NCBI GenBank assembly: GCA_964010765.1
Contig: CAXGMD010000010.1
Location: 1-62,203 of the forward strand
Direction: 5' to 3'
Origin: an uncultured bacterium
GTDB taxonomy: Bacteria > SAR324 > NAC60-12
DNA: 62,203 nucleotides
The position numbers and the translations under genes were made by a program. Below the pieces are notes generated by a model, which was not told the origin of the DNA, did not search any database, and saw only the letters and a list, made by a program, of their open reading frames with translations. Positions within the stretch are counted from its first letter, which is position 1; every line of letters begins with the position of its first letter. Shown one piece after another: positions 19,778 through 29,502 of this stretch.

Positions 19778-20674
19778 ATGAATTCAGTATCAATTCAATC
19801 AGAAAAGTTTTTAGACCGAGAAAGTTCACTGGGTGTTTTACTGATGCTCCCAGGCTTAATTTTACTTGCAGTATTTCTAGCCTACCCATTCTTTTTAGGT
19901 ATTTGGTTATCACTGACAGATACCAGAATTGGCATGCCAGGGGAATTTATTGGACTCTGGAATTACGTTGATTTACTTGAAGATGAAATATTTCATCAAA
20001 CTGCTTTGAATACGATGGTCTATGCTCTGGTGACAGTACCGTTTAAAGCTGTGATGGGACTAGGGCTAGCACTGATATTAAATAATCAAATTCGTTTCAG
20101 TAATCCAATTAGAGCTTTTATAATGTTGCCTTGGATTGTCCCAACTGCATTAAGTTCTTTGGGGTGGTTCATGATTTTTGATCCAGTCTTTAGCCCTATT
20201 TCCTGGCTAATGATTGAAATGGGTTTTATTGATTCGAATATAAATTTTTTGGGAGATCAACTAATAGCTGTAACAGCAATTTGCTGGGTAAATATTTGGC
20301 GAGGTATCCCATTTTTTGGGATAAGCATTTTGGCTGGATTACAAGCTGTTCCACCCGAACTTCATGAACAAGCTGCAATTGATGGTGCAAATAAATTTCA
20401 AAGATTTATCAATGTAACTCTTCCTCAAATCAAAGGGCTTTTAATGATAACAAGTTTGTTGTCAATTATTTGGACATTTGCTGATTTTCAACTGATATAC
20501 GTACTAACCAAAGGTGGTCCAGCAAACCAAACTCACATCTTTGGAACTTATGCTTATCAGATCGGCCTTTTTGGAACCGAGATTGGTATGGCTGCTGCCA
20601 TAACGCTATATATGTTTCCAATATTGGCATTTTTTAGCATTATTCTACTAAGATACATGAGAAAAACTGCATGA
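19778..20674 (+). CDS. Carbohydrate ABC permease (MalF/UgpA-like)
   Basis: FIGLWNY, LPWIVP, EAA loop EQAAIDGA, LTKGGP. Confidence 0.93.
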   Translation: MNSVSIQSEKFLDRESSLGVLLMLPGLILLAVFLAYPFFLGIWLSLTDTRIGMPGEFIGLWNYVDLLEDEIFHQTALNTMVYALVTVPFKAVMGLGLALILNNQIRFSNPIRAFIMLPWIVPTALSSLGWFMIFDPVFSPISWLMIEMGFIDSNINFLGDQLIAVTAICWVNIWRGIPFFGISILAGLQAVPPELHEQAAIDGANKFQRFINVTLPQIKGLLMITSLLSIIWTFADFQLIYVLTKGGPANQTHIFGTYAYQIGLFGTEIGMAAAITLYMFPILAFFSIILLRYMRKTA

Positions 20675-21513
20675 TGGTTGGAAGTGATAAGCAAAAAGCC
20701 TTACAAATCTACGTTCCTTTAGTTGTTTATACATTGCTGTTGCTTTTTCCTTTCTATTGGATGGGTGTAGTATCGTTTAAACCCACTTCGGATATCTTTA
20801 CCCTTGATTTAAATCCTTTTTGGGTTCAACGATTTACATTTGAAAATTATCAGTATCTTTTTGAAAATACTGAATTTATCAGTTGGATGTGGAACACTAT
20901 GTTGATAGCTGTTGTTTCGACAGCGCTGTCAATTTTTTGTAGTATTTGCATTGGATATGCTTTAGCTAGATTAAAGTTTCCAGGCAGTGATTTTATGGGG
21001 ATTGGAATTTTTCTGGTCTATTTAGTACCCCCAACACTACTTTTCATTCCAATGGCTGAAGTCATTGGTGCTTTAAATCTTTTCAATACTCATTGGGCAT
21101 TAATTCTTACCTATCCAACGCAATTAATTCCTTTTGCATCCTGGCTCTTGATGGGCTACTTCCTGACAATCCCGAAAGAGATTGAAGAGAGCGCCTTGAT
21201 GGATGGCTGTTCAAGGATTCAGATCTTGATCCGGATTGTTCTCCCTCTATCTGTTCCAGGAATTCTTTCCGCAACAATTTTCTGCTTCACACTCTGCTGG
21301 AATGAATTTCTATACGCATTGATCTTCATGTCTTCCGGAGACATGAAAACCATCCCTGTCGGAACGGTTAGCGACTTGATCAAAGCAGATACCCTCTTCT
21401 GGGGATCCCTGATGGCTTCAGCGCTACTCGGATCTGTTCCGGTGGCCTTCATATACTCGTTCTTTGTCAAGTACTACGTCTCTGGACTGACAGCAAGTGC
21501 CGTTAAGGGCTGA
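20671..21513 (+). CDS. Carbohydrate ABC permease (MalG/UgpE-like)
   Basis: GYALAR, IPKEIEESALMDG, WNEFLYA; ATGA overlap with the upstream permease. Confidence 0.93.
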   Translation: MMVGSDKQKALQIYVPLVVYTLLLLFPFYWMGVVSFKPTSDIFTLDLNPFWVQRFTFENYQYLFENTEFISWMWNTMLIAVVSTALSIFCSICIGYALARLKFPGSDFMGIGIFLVYLVPPTLLFIPMAEVIGALNLFNTHWALILTYPTQLIPFASWLLMGYFLTIPKEIEESALMDGCSRIQILIRIVLPLSVPGILSATIFCFTLCWNEFLYALIFMSSGDMKTIPVGTVSDLIKADTLFWGSLMASALLGSVPVAFIYSFFVKYYVSGLTASAVKG

Positions 21514-21516
21514 AGA

Positions 21517-22494
21517 TCAGGGCATATCGATGACAATCTTTACAGCGTTATCGGTAGCATTTTGATGAAGCTCGTAGGCTTCCAAGACCTTTTCAAATGG
21601 GAAGCGGTGGGTCAGCACAGCAGAGACATTCAATGATCCTGCGGCAATCAAATCCAGAGCTTGTAGGGTAGAAGTGTGTCCAGGTTCACTATTGGCGTGA
21701 ACAATCGACTTATGCTTTAAGCACTTTGTAAAAATCCTGCCATAGTTCACGTTGATCGGTTCGTAGGGAACTCCAAACTGTAAGAAAAATCCCGAATCCG
21801 GTCTCGCTAACTCGATTGCTAAATTAATGGATGATTCCCTACCTGCTGCTTCTACAACAATGTCTACTAATTTCTCATCGTTGATTCCCAAAATTTGCTC
21901 AACAGGATCTGCTTCTCGAATATTGATGATATCGGTAGCACCGTATTGTTGAGCAAGTTGTAGACGATTAGATTTTGGGTCAAGTGCAATCACCTTGGCA
22001 GCTCCTAGTCTCTGTAAAACGAAATCAAACCAGAGCCCTGCAGTCCCCTGTCCTACCACTGCGACCGTCTTTCCGATTACACTTGGCAGTTGCTTACAGG
22101 CGTATAGCACGGTTCCGAGTTGCTGAGCCATCAACAATTCTTCCCTAGTTTTTCCAGCAGGAAGTTTTAGTAAGTTTTGTTGTGGAGTGAGGTAGCGTTC
22201 GGCCATCGCACGATGGTCTGGAGCAATGGCAAGAACAAAGTCCCCAACTTCATGTCCCTCTAGTCCAGGACCGAGCTCCATAATTTCAGCAATCACTTCA
22301 TGCCCTGTCGTTCCGGGTGGAAAGGGATAAGCGGCATCTGGTGCGTGACTCAGCATCCAGACATCACTTCCACAAAGGGTCACATGGCGGGGCTGAACGA
22401 TCGCATGCCCCTCTATCAGTTCAGGTATAGTTGTTCTAATAAACTCTGCTTTTCCACGAGCGACTACCTGTAAGGCATCCATCTTGGCTGTCAT
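21517..22494 (-). CDS. Zn-binding MDR dehydrogenase (sugar/polyol type, no structural-Zn loop)
   Basis: LCGSD, GHE, GQGTAG, VEAAG, THRFP. Confidence 0.85.
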   Translation of the reverse strand: MTAKMDALQVVARGKAEFIRTTIPELIEGHAIVQPRHVTLCGSDVWMLSHAPDAAYPFPPGTTGHEVIAEIMELGPGLEGHEVGDFVLAIAPDHRAMAERYLTPQQNLLKLPAGKTREELLMAQQLGTVLYACKQLPSVIGKTVAVVGQGTAGLWFDFVLQRLGAAKVIALDPKSNRLQLAQQYGATDIINIREADPVEQILGINDEKLVDIVVEAAGRESSINLAIELARPDSGFFLQFGVPYEPINVNYGRIFTKCLKHKSIVHANSEPGHTSTLQALDLIAAGSLNVSAVLTHRFPFEKVLEAYELHQNATDNAVKIVIDMP

Positions 22495-22550
22495 TTGTTA
22501 ACCTAAAAGTGTTGTGAATGAAAAGATTGATTGAGATTCGGGTTTGATAG

Positions 22551-23642
22551 TCAATTGACACAGGCTATTGCGAGGTTTGAAGCTTTGCAAAGTAGTGATT
22601 CGCTCCAAATGGATGGTTGGGTGGTCAGCAAAGCAAAGGTCATATCCCGCTTGGGATCAGCCCAGAAAACAGTGCCTGTCGCTCCACCGTGTCCAAAACT
22701 TCCTGGTGAAAGAAAGTCACCGAAGAATCCCCAACAAGATGAAGGCGCAAGTCTCCAGCCGAGTCCTCCACGAATCCTTACTTTTTGCTCATTTGGGACC
22801 AGAGGCATGGGACTAGTTTGATCTCGAATCATGGTTTCAACATTGCTTCTGCTAAAAATTCGCTTACCCTGTAGTTCTCCTCCATTCAGTAGCATTCTTA
22901 GAAAACGAGTCAGGTCTTCGACAGTGGAGAACATACCACCCCAAGCGGCGCCGAAATTGCGCCAGTAGGGGCTATTCCAATCCCAATCAACTCCTTCTTG
23001 TTCCGGGGGAAGTTTCACGTTGGACACCCTGTCTTCAGGCAAACCGTCTATGCCTAAGGCCGTATCCTTCATGCCCAAGGGTTCGAAAAACTCTTTTCTG
23101 AGAAATTCTTGGAGAGAAATTCCGCTCACTCTTTGAACAATCTCTCCAAGAATCGCTAAACCGGTACTTTGATACTGAAGCCCAGTCCCAGCAGGAAAGT
23201 CCAATTTCAACTGGCAGATCTGCTCTATGAACTCAGACATTGGGGCATGTCGTTCACGCAAGCTCTGGTTTTCTGGAAGCATGTCTGGTAGCCCAGAACT
23301 GTGAGTCATCAAATGTCGAAGTGAGATGTCTTCTTTTCCAGAATTTCCGAACTCAGGAAGGTAATGGTAGGCTGGATCATCCAGTAAGAGTTGACCACGT
23401 TCTGCCAGCAAAACTGCAGCAGCTACGGTAAAGGGTTTTGTGATCGAGGCTACCAGAAAGATTGAATCCTGCTGCATTGGAGTAGCAAGATTCGGCTTAA
23501 ATCTTCCAAAAGCCTTGCTGACACTAGGCTTGTCTCCAATCGAAAGTTGGACTGCTGCACCTGGGACTTCACCTCTTTGGACGGTTCCCTCCAAAAAATT
23601 GTAAAGCCGATCGATTCGCTGATGGTCCAGTGTTGGGCTCAC
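22551..23642 (-). CDS. Serine hydrolase, beta-lactamase class C/esterase family
   Basis: SITK (SxxK), LMTHSSGL, YQS, FGHGGATG; no signal peptide. Confidence 0.88.
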   Translation of the reverse strand: MSPTLDHQRIDRLYNFLEGTVQRGEVPGAAVQLSIGDKPSVSKAFGRFKPNLATPMQQDSIFLVASITKPFTVAAAVLLAERGQLLLDDPAYHYLPEFGNSGKEDISLRHLMTHSSGLPDMLPENQSLRERHAPMSEFIEQICQLKLDFPAGTGLQYQSTGLAILGEIVQRVSGISLQEFLRKEFFEPLGMKDTALGIDGLPEDRVSNVKLPPEQEGVDWDWNSPYWRNFGAAWGGMFSTVEDLTRFLRMLLNGGELQGKRIFSRSNVETMIRDQTSPMPLVPNEQKVRIRGGLGWRLAPSSCWGFFGDFLSPGSFGHGGATGTVFWADPKRDMTFALLTTQPSIWSESLLCKASNLAIACVN

Positions 23643-23684
23643 AGAATTGCTTGATGAAACGTAGATGGGTTCAAAAAAATATTT

Positions 23685-24491
23685 CTAACTGGGCAAGTTA
23701 ACCAACCCTCCATCCACACAGAGGACCTGCCCATTGATGAATCTTGCTTGTTCAGACACCAAAAACACGACTGCATCCGCAATCTCGCCGGGCTCTCCGT
23801 AGCGAACTAGGGAAGCTTTTTGGGAATCCATCATCTCTGGATCAACAACCCTTGTAGCCTCAAAACGAGCAGTTTTTGTGGGTCCAGGGGCAACACAATT
23901 TACTTGAACCCCGTGTTGCTTGAGTTCACTGGCAAGACAACGGGTATAGTGCGTGACAGAAGCCTTTAGAATTCCGTAAATTGCCCCATCAGAAACTCCG
24001 AATTGTCCTGCTACAGATCCAATATTGACGACAACTCCGGATTTCCGATCTCGCATTGCTGGGATGAATGCTTTGCAAACGTTGATGGTTCCAATCAGGT
24101 TGTTGTTAATCAGTGCCTGTACATCTTCGATAGGGATATCCAGTGCATTATTGGGTGAGGGTTTGCCACCACTAGCCCCGATGTCACCTCCAGCACAATT
24201 GACAAGAATATCGACCTTCGAGAATTTTTCTTCAATCTTACTGCACATTGCTGCGACAGCTTGGACATCCCCAATATTTCCAGTCACCGCTAGTACTTCC
24301 ACTCCCTTCTTTTCAAATTCTTTGGCAACCTCTCCAAGGCTTTGAGCTTCTTTATACTTTTCAGGGGCATCCCAGTCGATGTCATGCAGAACAATATTTG
24401 CGCCCTGATCAGCAAGTCTTTGAGCCATTACTTTGCCCAGTCCTCGGCCTGAGCCTGTAACGAGTGCAATTTTTCCTTTTAAACTACTCAT
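23685..24491 (-). CDS. SDR family oxidoreductase
   Basis: TGSGRGLG, NCAG, YGILK, NCVAPG. Confidence 0.9.
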   Translation of the reverse strand: MSSLKGKIALVTGSGRGLGKVMAQRLADQGANIVLHDIDWDAPEKYKEAQSLGEVAKEFEKKGVEVLAVTGNIGDVQAVAAMCSKIEEKFSKVDILVNCAGGDIGASGGKPSPNNALDIPIEDVQALINNNLIGTINVCKAFIPAMRDRKSGVVVNIGSVAGQFGVSDGAIYGILKASVTHYTRCLASELKQHGVQVNCVAPGPTKTARFEATRVVDPEMMDSQKASLVRYGEPGEIADAVVFLVSEQARFINGQVLCVDGGLVNLPS

Positions 24492-24500
24492 TAATGGTTT

Positions 24501-25492
24501 TTACATTCCTAGTTTTTTCATATTTGCAAAGCTTTTGCGGTACATTTGGAGTTCATAATCTACCAGCTTGCTGTCCTCACCTTTTTCCCATGGCGTACGG
24601 TAGTCCTCTTTGTCGGATAGAGGGTTTTTCTGGGTTGCTAATAGACATTTGGCCAGCTCAGTTGCCGATTTTGCTGGATAGCCCCGCCACCAATCTTCTT
24701 TGAAGAGTTTAACGTGTCGAGCCTCAAGAGCTCCTGGCTCTAGTACCGCAGTTAGTTGATTTTGGTGTTTACCAATTTCTTTGAAGAGTTCATCAAATGG
24801 CACAGCTCCCTCTCCAATCTTACAGCGTACTAGTCGGAATCCTTCATTAGTGAACTGCACGCGGTAGTCCTTGAGCTGTAAATGTATAACGTGAGGCGCA
24901 ACTGTTTTCGTAAATTGATTAGGGGATTCAACCACTGGAAAGGAGTTGCCGGTGTCGTAAGTAATTCCAACCCCTGAGGTCATTTCACAGAATTCCACTA
25001 GTTCTGCGGAAGTGAAATCTTGATGATTTTCAATGGCAATCATCAAACCGGCATCAGCAGCGGTTTTACCAAGTTCAAGGATCTTTTTTCGAACCGCTTG
25101 GCGCAGTTCATTCCAATCAGTTCGGAAGGCTCTTCCACCACAAAGCACGTTGGTCAAAGCAAAGCGGATTGTTTTTGCCTTGAGCAGTTGCGCTGACCTA
25201 AAACATGGCCCGTTTCCTCAAGAATATAGCCTCCTGAAACAACTGGAGTGATTCCTCTATGGTCTAAGCGATCCTTCAAAATTTGAAATTCATTGCCGGA
25301 AAACTCTTGTAACCAGGGATCAAAGATTTCCAAGGACTTAGCACCAAGTTCCTCGGCAATCTTTAAAAACCCTTCCAAACCTGTCCCGTTTGGATTTTGT
25401 CTGGCGGTGCCTCGTCCTTGTAAACCAAGGTAATAGGTCATTCCATAAGGATTGAGTCCCAGTTTGAATAGCGGCCAAGAAGAATTCGTCAT
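24501..25492 (-). pseudogene. Sugar-phosphate isomerase/epimerase (xylose-isomerase-like TIM barrel) split by a 1-nt frameshift near 25200
   Basis: ORFs 25154-25492 and 24501-25157 join if one base is added around the A4 run at 25200-25203, giving ~330 aa; the C-terminal part has IENHQD, YDTGN, HLQLKD and LE metal motifs. Confidence 0.7.
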
Positions 25493-25552
25493 GTGAACCT
25501 TAGTAGATTAAGCGATCTTTCCAAGATTGACTAAAGGGCTGTTAAGATGAGC

Positions 25553-26608
25553 TTAGCTACGATCTCGAACCAAGCGATGGTGGGCAGGAGAAAATTCTTC
25601 CATTCCACCAATATTTCCGTAGCTTTGATCAATCCACTCCAACGGATATCCGTGCTTGAAGTTAGAAACTTCCTCCAAACGATTCCAGTGATCTGCTTCG
25701 AGATCCCAATCCGCGACTGCCAAAACATCTTCAATTTGCGCAACTGTTTTGGGGCCGGAGATGACAGATGTAACTCGACGATCTCCAAGGAGCCAAGCAG
25801 TGGAAAGCTGGCTCGGAGGCTTCCCAGTCACTTCTCCCAATTCAACTAGTGCTTCCACGGTATCAAAGGCGTGATCATGGAAATATCGCGGAATATCAAC
25901 ACTTTTACGGTAAGAAATTCTGGATCCCTCCGGAATATCACCTCCCCGTTGGTATTTCCCACTTAAAAACCCGCTTGCTAATGGACTCCAACAGAGCATA
26001 CCCAATCCTTGGTCGGCACAGGCTGGAAGAATCTCTCGTTCAATATCACGGCGTACCAAGTTATACATGTGCTGAGCGCTGATAAACTTTTCCAAGTTCA
26101 TCTTTTCTGCAATCGAGTTGGCTTTGACCATTTGCCAAGCGTAGTAATTACTGCAACCGATGTAGCGAACTTTGCCTTGCCGAACCAGATCATCTAGGGT
26201 TCGCATCGTCTCCTCCATGGGAGTGAACCAGTCTGGACCGTGCACTTGATAAAGGTCGATGTAATCAGTTCCTAGTCTTCGCAAGCTTGCTTCCACAGCT
26301 TCCAAAATATGCTTGCGGGAACTACCGCTTCCATTTGCGCCTTCCGAGGTTCGAAACCAAGCTTTGGTTGCAATGACTAGTTCATCACGATTATGGGACT
26401 TGATCGCTTGGCCTGTCATTTCTTCTGAAACTCCAGCGCTGTACATATCTGCAGTGTCGAGAAAATTCCCTCCGGCATCAACAAAGGTATCAACAATGCG
26501 CGAAGCCTGATTTTGGTCACAGCCCCAATTGGCCATTCCAAATGTCATCGTGCCTAAACAGATTCTGGAAACAAGCAGACCGGATCGGCCAAGATAACGA
26601 TATTTCAT
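25553..26608 (-). CDS. Aldo/keto reductase (YajO/Tas-like)
   Basis: LGTMTFG, DTADMYS, IATK, LGTDYIDLYQVH, GKVRYIGCSN, WSPLASG. Confidence 0.92.
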   Translation of the reverse strand: MKYRYLGRSGLLVSRICLGTMTFGMANWGCDQNQASRIVDTFVDAGGNFLDTADMYSAGVSEEMTGQAIKSHNRDELVIATKAWFRTSEGANGSGSSRKHILEAVEASLRRLGTDYIDLYQVHGPDWFTPMEETMRTLDDLVRQGKVRYIGCSNYYAWQMVKANSIAEKMNLEKFISAQHMYNLVRRDIEREILPACADQGLGMLCWSPLASGFLSGKYQRGGDIPEGSRISYRKSVDIPRYFHDHAFDTVEALVELGEVTGKPPSQLSTAWLLGDRRVTSVISGPKTVAQIEDVLAVADWDLEADHWNRLEEVSNFKHGYPLEWIDQSYGNIGGMEEFSPAHHRLVRDRS

Positions 26609-26652
26609 CGGGTACTCCTAAAGCTTCTGAAAATTTTATTTGCTAATAACTC

Positions 26653-27399
26653 TTACCGTCCCCCTCCGACATCCAGTGTGGATGCGGTGACGTAGGAGGC
26701 TTCGGGTGATAACAACCACATGATTGCCTCAGCGACTTCTTCTGGAAGCCCACCTCGTTTCATTGGAACCACATTTTCCAATCGTTTCACGCGATCAGGA
26801 TCACCCAGGCTTGCGTGAATATCGGTATAAATTAGTCCTGGGCGGATTCCATTCACTCGAATTCCCTCATTTGCGACTTCCTGGCCCAATCCATGTGTAA
26901 AGGTGTCAATTGCTCCTTTGCTGGCTGCATAATCTAAAAATGAATTAGGCCCCCCCATCTTGGCGGCTGCGGACGAAAGATTGACGATAGCTCCTCCAGA
27001 ACCCCCCAATCGAGTAGACATTCTTTTGACAGCTTCTCTCGCACACAGCACTGCCCCAAGAATATTCACATCAAAAAGTTCCTGCAAACGCTCGCTTGTC
27101 ATTTCCACGAGTGGTTTTGGAGGCTGGAGGATTCCAGCATTGTTGACGAAGGCATTCAGTTTCCCCAGTTGCTGGTCCACCTGATTGAACATTTCAATGA
27201 TCTCTGATTCGACACTCACATTCGCTTGAATGATGATCGCTTTCCCTCCCCCATCATTGATTTCATCCATTAAGTTTTGCGCAACATCTGCTCGTTTCTG
27301 GTAATTTATTGCGACCGCATAGCCTCGCTTCGCACCCAGACGGACGGTTGCGGCACCAATTCCTCTGCTTCCTCCTGTGACCAACATGACTTTATTCAT
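26653..27399 (-). CDS. SDR family oxidoreductase
   Basis: TGGSRGIG, NNAG, YAASK; ATG at 27399 follows GAGGG (track starts at 27459). Confidence 0.9.
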   Translation of the reverse strand: MNKVMLVTGGSRGIGAATVRLGAKRGYAVAINYQKRADVAQNLMDEINDGGGKAIIIQANVSVESEIIEMFNQVDQQLGKLNAFVNNAGILQPPKPLVEMTSERLQELFDVNILGAVLCAREAVKRMSTRLGGSGGAIVNLSSAAAKMGGPNSFLDYAASKGAIDTFTHGLGQEVANEGIRVNGIRPGLIYTDIHASLGDPDRVKRLENVVPMKRGGLPEEVAEAIMWLLSPEASYVTASTLDVGGGR

Positions 27400-27445
27400 C
27401 AAGAATCCCTCATTCGATATGTATCTTCGAAATTTTGAGTAGTGT

Positions 27446-28198
27446 TTATCCACGACCAATGAACGGCATCGTAGTGGCCATCACAGTCACAAACTGTACA
27501 TTTGCTTCTAAGGGCAATTCTGCCATATAGAGAACAGTCGTCGCGACATTTTCAACATCCATTCTGGGCTCAATTCGAACACTGCCATCAGCCTGAGGTA
27601 CACCTGTTGTCATCCGGTCAGTCATCGGAGTCGCAGCGTTCCCAATATCAACCTGACCGCAAGCAATATTGAAGGGACGGCCATCCAAGGAAAGTGATCG
27701 GGTTAATCCTGTAATTGCGTGTTTTGTTGCCGTGTATGGTGCAGAGCCAGGACGAGGAACGTAGGCAGATATGGAACCATTGTTGATGATGCGACCACCC
27801 TGTGGATTCTGACGTCTCATTTGAGCAAAAGCTGCCCTTGCACAGAGGAAGGAACCTGTCAAATTGACATCAACTACTTTGAGCCAGTCCTCGATTGGGG
27901 TTTCATCGATGGTTCTTGATGGGCTTCCCATTCCAGCATTATTGAAAAGGACATCAATTCGACCCCACTTGTTAACAACATTGGTAAACGCAGTATCGAC
28001 AGCTTCGGGTTGACTTACATCACAGGGTAGAATTAGAGAATTCTCAGTCCCTGCTGCCGTTTCCTCCAGGAGTTCTTGACGTCTGCCAAGAAGCGCAACT
28101 TGGTAACCTTCAGTTAGAAATCGTTGGGCGACTGAGCGCCCAACACCGGTACCTGCTCCGGTAATGATGGCTACTTTGGAGTTGTTGTTTGAAGACAT
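27446..28198 (-). CDS. SDR family oxidoreductase
   Basis: [34 protein letters not shown]. Confidence 0.9.
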   Translation of the reverse strand: MSSNNNSKVAIITGAGTGVGRSVAQRFLTEGYQVALLGRRQELLEETAAGTENSLILPCDVSQPEAVDTAFTNVVNKWGRIDVLFNNAGMGSPSRTIDETPIEDWLKVVDVNLTGSFLCARAAFAQMRRQNPQGGRIINNGSISAYVPRPGSAPYTATKHAITGLTRSLSLDGRPFNIACGQVDIGNAATPMTDRMTTGVPQADGSVRIEPRMDVENVATTVLYMAELPLEANVQFVTVMATTMPFIGRG

Positions 28199-28240
28199 GG
28201 TTTACCTGTCATGAAGTTGATAAAATGATGGAACAAGAAA

Positions 28241-29269
28241 TCAGCGGAAGGATTGTCCTGGCCGGAGAAAGTGAGCATTTACACAGTTTCTCAACTTGTC
28301 ATCCTTAAGATACAGAAGAACGGTCTCTACGGATTTTCGTCTGAGGTCTAGTGCACTATCAACGCTGTACCAAGCTGTGTGGGGGGTGACGAGCAGTCGT
28401 TGTTGAAGCCAGGTTTCATTGTTTTGAAGAGCCTGCAATAATTTTGGCATCGGGTCTGGAGGCTCGGTTGGAAAAACGTCGATTGCTGCTGCACGAAGAT
28501 AGCCATCTTTGAGGACATTATAAACGCCATCTAAATCAAGAATAGGCCCTCTTGCTGTGTTGATCAGAATCGAGTCTTTGGGCAATAACCGTAGCAATTT
28601 CTCATTGATGATTCCCTGAGTTTCATCAGTCAGAGGTGTGTGGATGCTGAGGATGCTGACCTGGCTACAGAGTTCTTCAAGACTCTCAACCCTCTCAACT
28701 CCGACCGCAATTTCCTGACCCCTAGGTAAATAAGGGTCATAAATTACCACTCGCATCCCAAATGCTTTGGCTCTGAGTGCGGTTGCAGTGCCTATCCGTC
28801 CCATGCCCAATAGCCCGATACTTCTGCCGCGGAGTCTTCTTCCAGGGGGAACCTTCAAATGACTAAAATTCTTGAAGGGGTCACTATTTACAAGGTTATG
28901 ATAGGAAACGAATTGTCGCTCCAACGAGAGAATCATACCAATCGTATGATCGGCAACTTCGCTGGTTCCATAGTCAGGAGTATTGCAAACAGCAATGCCC
29001 CTTTCTGCAGCTGCTTTCAGGTCGACATTGTCGAAACCCACCCCACAGCGAACGATGATGCGACAACTTTTAAGCTGGTCCATGTAGTTGGCGTCGATGG
29101 TTGCGATATGCCAGACCAAGAGACCAAAATATTCAGAAAACTCTTCAGCAGGAACCTCTTCTTCCCATCGAAATAGATCAAGATCCAGATGGTTGGCAGC
29201 AACCTCTCTCTCTGGGATGCCTCCATCGGTGTATTGAATGTCTGGGCTCAGTACTCTAAACGAACTCAT
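28241..29269 (-). CDS. CtBP-like D-2-hydroxyacid dehydrogenase
   Basis: RCGVGFDNVD, NTPDYGTSEVADH, GMGRIG, NTARG, TPHTAWYS. Confidence 0.88.
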   Translation of the reverse strand: MSSFRVLSPDIQYTDGGIPEREVAANHLDLDLFRWEEEVPAEEFSEYFGLLVWHIATIDANYMDQLKSCRIIVRCGVGFDNVDLKAAAERGIAVCNTPDYGTSEVADHTIGMILSLERQFVSYHNLVNSDPFKNFSHLKVPPGRRLRGRSIGLLGMGRIGTATALRAKAFGMRVVIYDPYLPRGQEIAVGVERVESLEELCSQVSILSIHTPLTDETQGIINEKLLRLLPKDSILINTARGPILDLDGVYNVLKDGYLRAAAIDVFPTEPPDPMPKLLQALQNNETWLQQRLLVTPHTAWYSVDSALDLRRKSVETVLLYLKDDKLRNCVNAHFLRPGQSFR

Positions 29270-29502
29270 GATTTTCGGTTGACTTAAATTGGGTTAGGCC
29301 GTTAGCGGATTCTTTTGAAGGCTTGCAGAATCTCTGATTTCAGAGATGCTAAGACTTTTTTGTAAATTTTTCAGATAATCTGATTAAATTCGCAAACATA
29401 CACGGCAATTAAAATCTTGCCAAGTCCTCATTCAACTTCATTTCAGTGTTTCTTGAGGCGAATTTAGGGCTCATGTCTGAATCTCATCCAATAGGAGTAT
29501 TT

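Noticed and set aside
12003..21513. Mobile element boundaries around the AT-rich block
   Set aside because: No integrase, transposase, tRNA or flanking direct repeats visible; the evidence is compositional only
22551..23642. Antibiotic-resistance beta-lactamase
   Set aside because: No signal peptide and a catabolic context; more likely a cytoplasmic esterase or amidase
25190..25225. Programmed -1 ribosomal frameshift
   Set aside because: No X XXY YYZ slippery heptamer or obvious stimulator; a simple indel is more parsimonious
25553..26608. AKR as SmoB (6-oxo-glucose reductase)
   Set aside because: Its LGTMTFG-type motifs are YajO/Tas-like rather than the SmoB type I recall, and it lies about 25 kb from smoC
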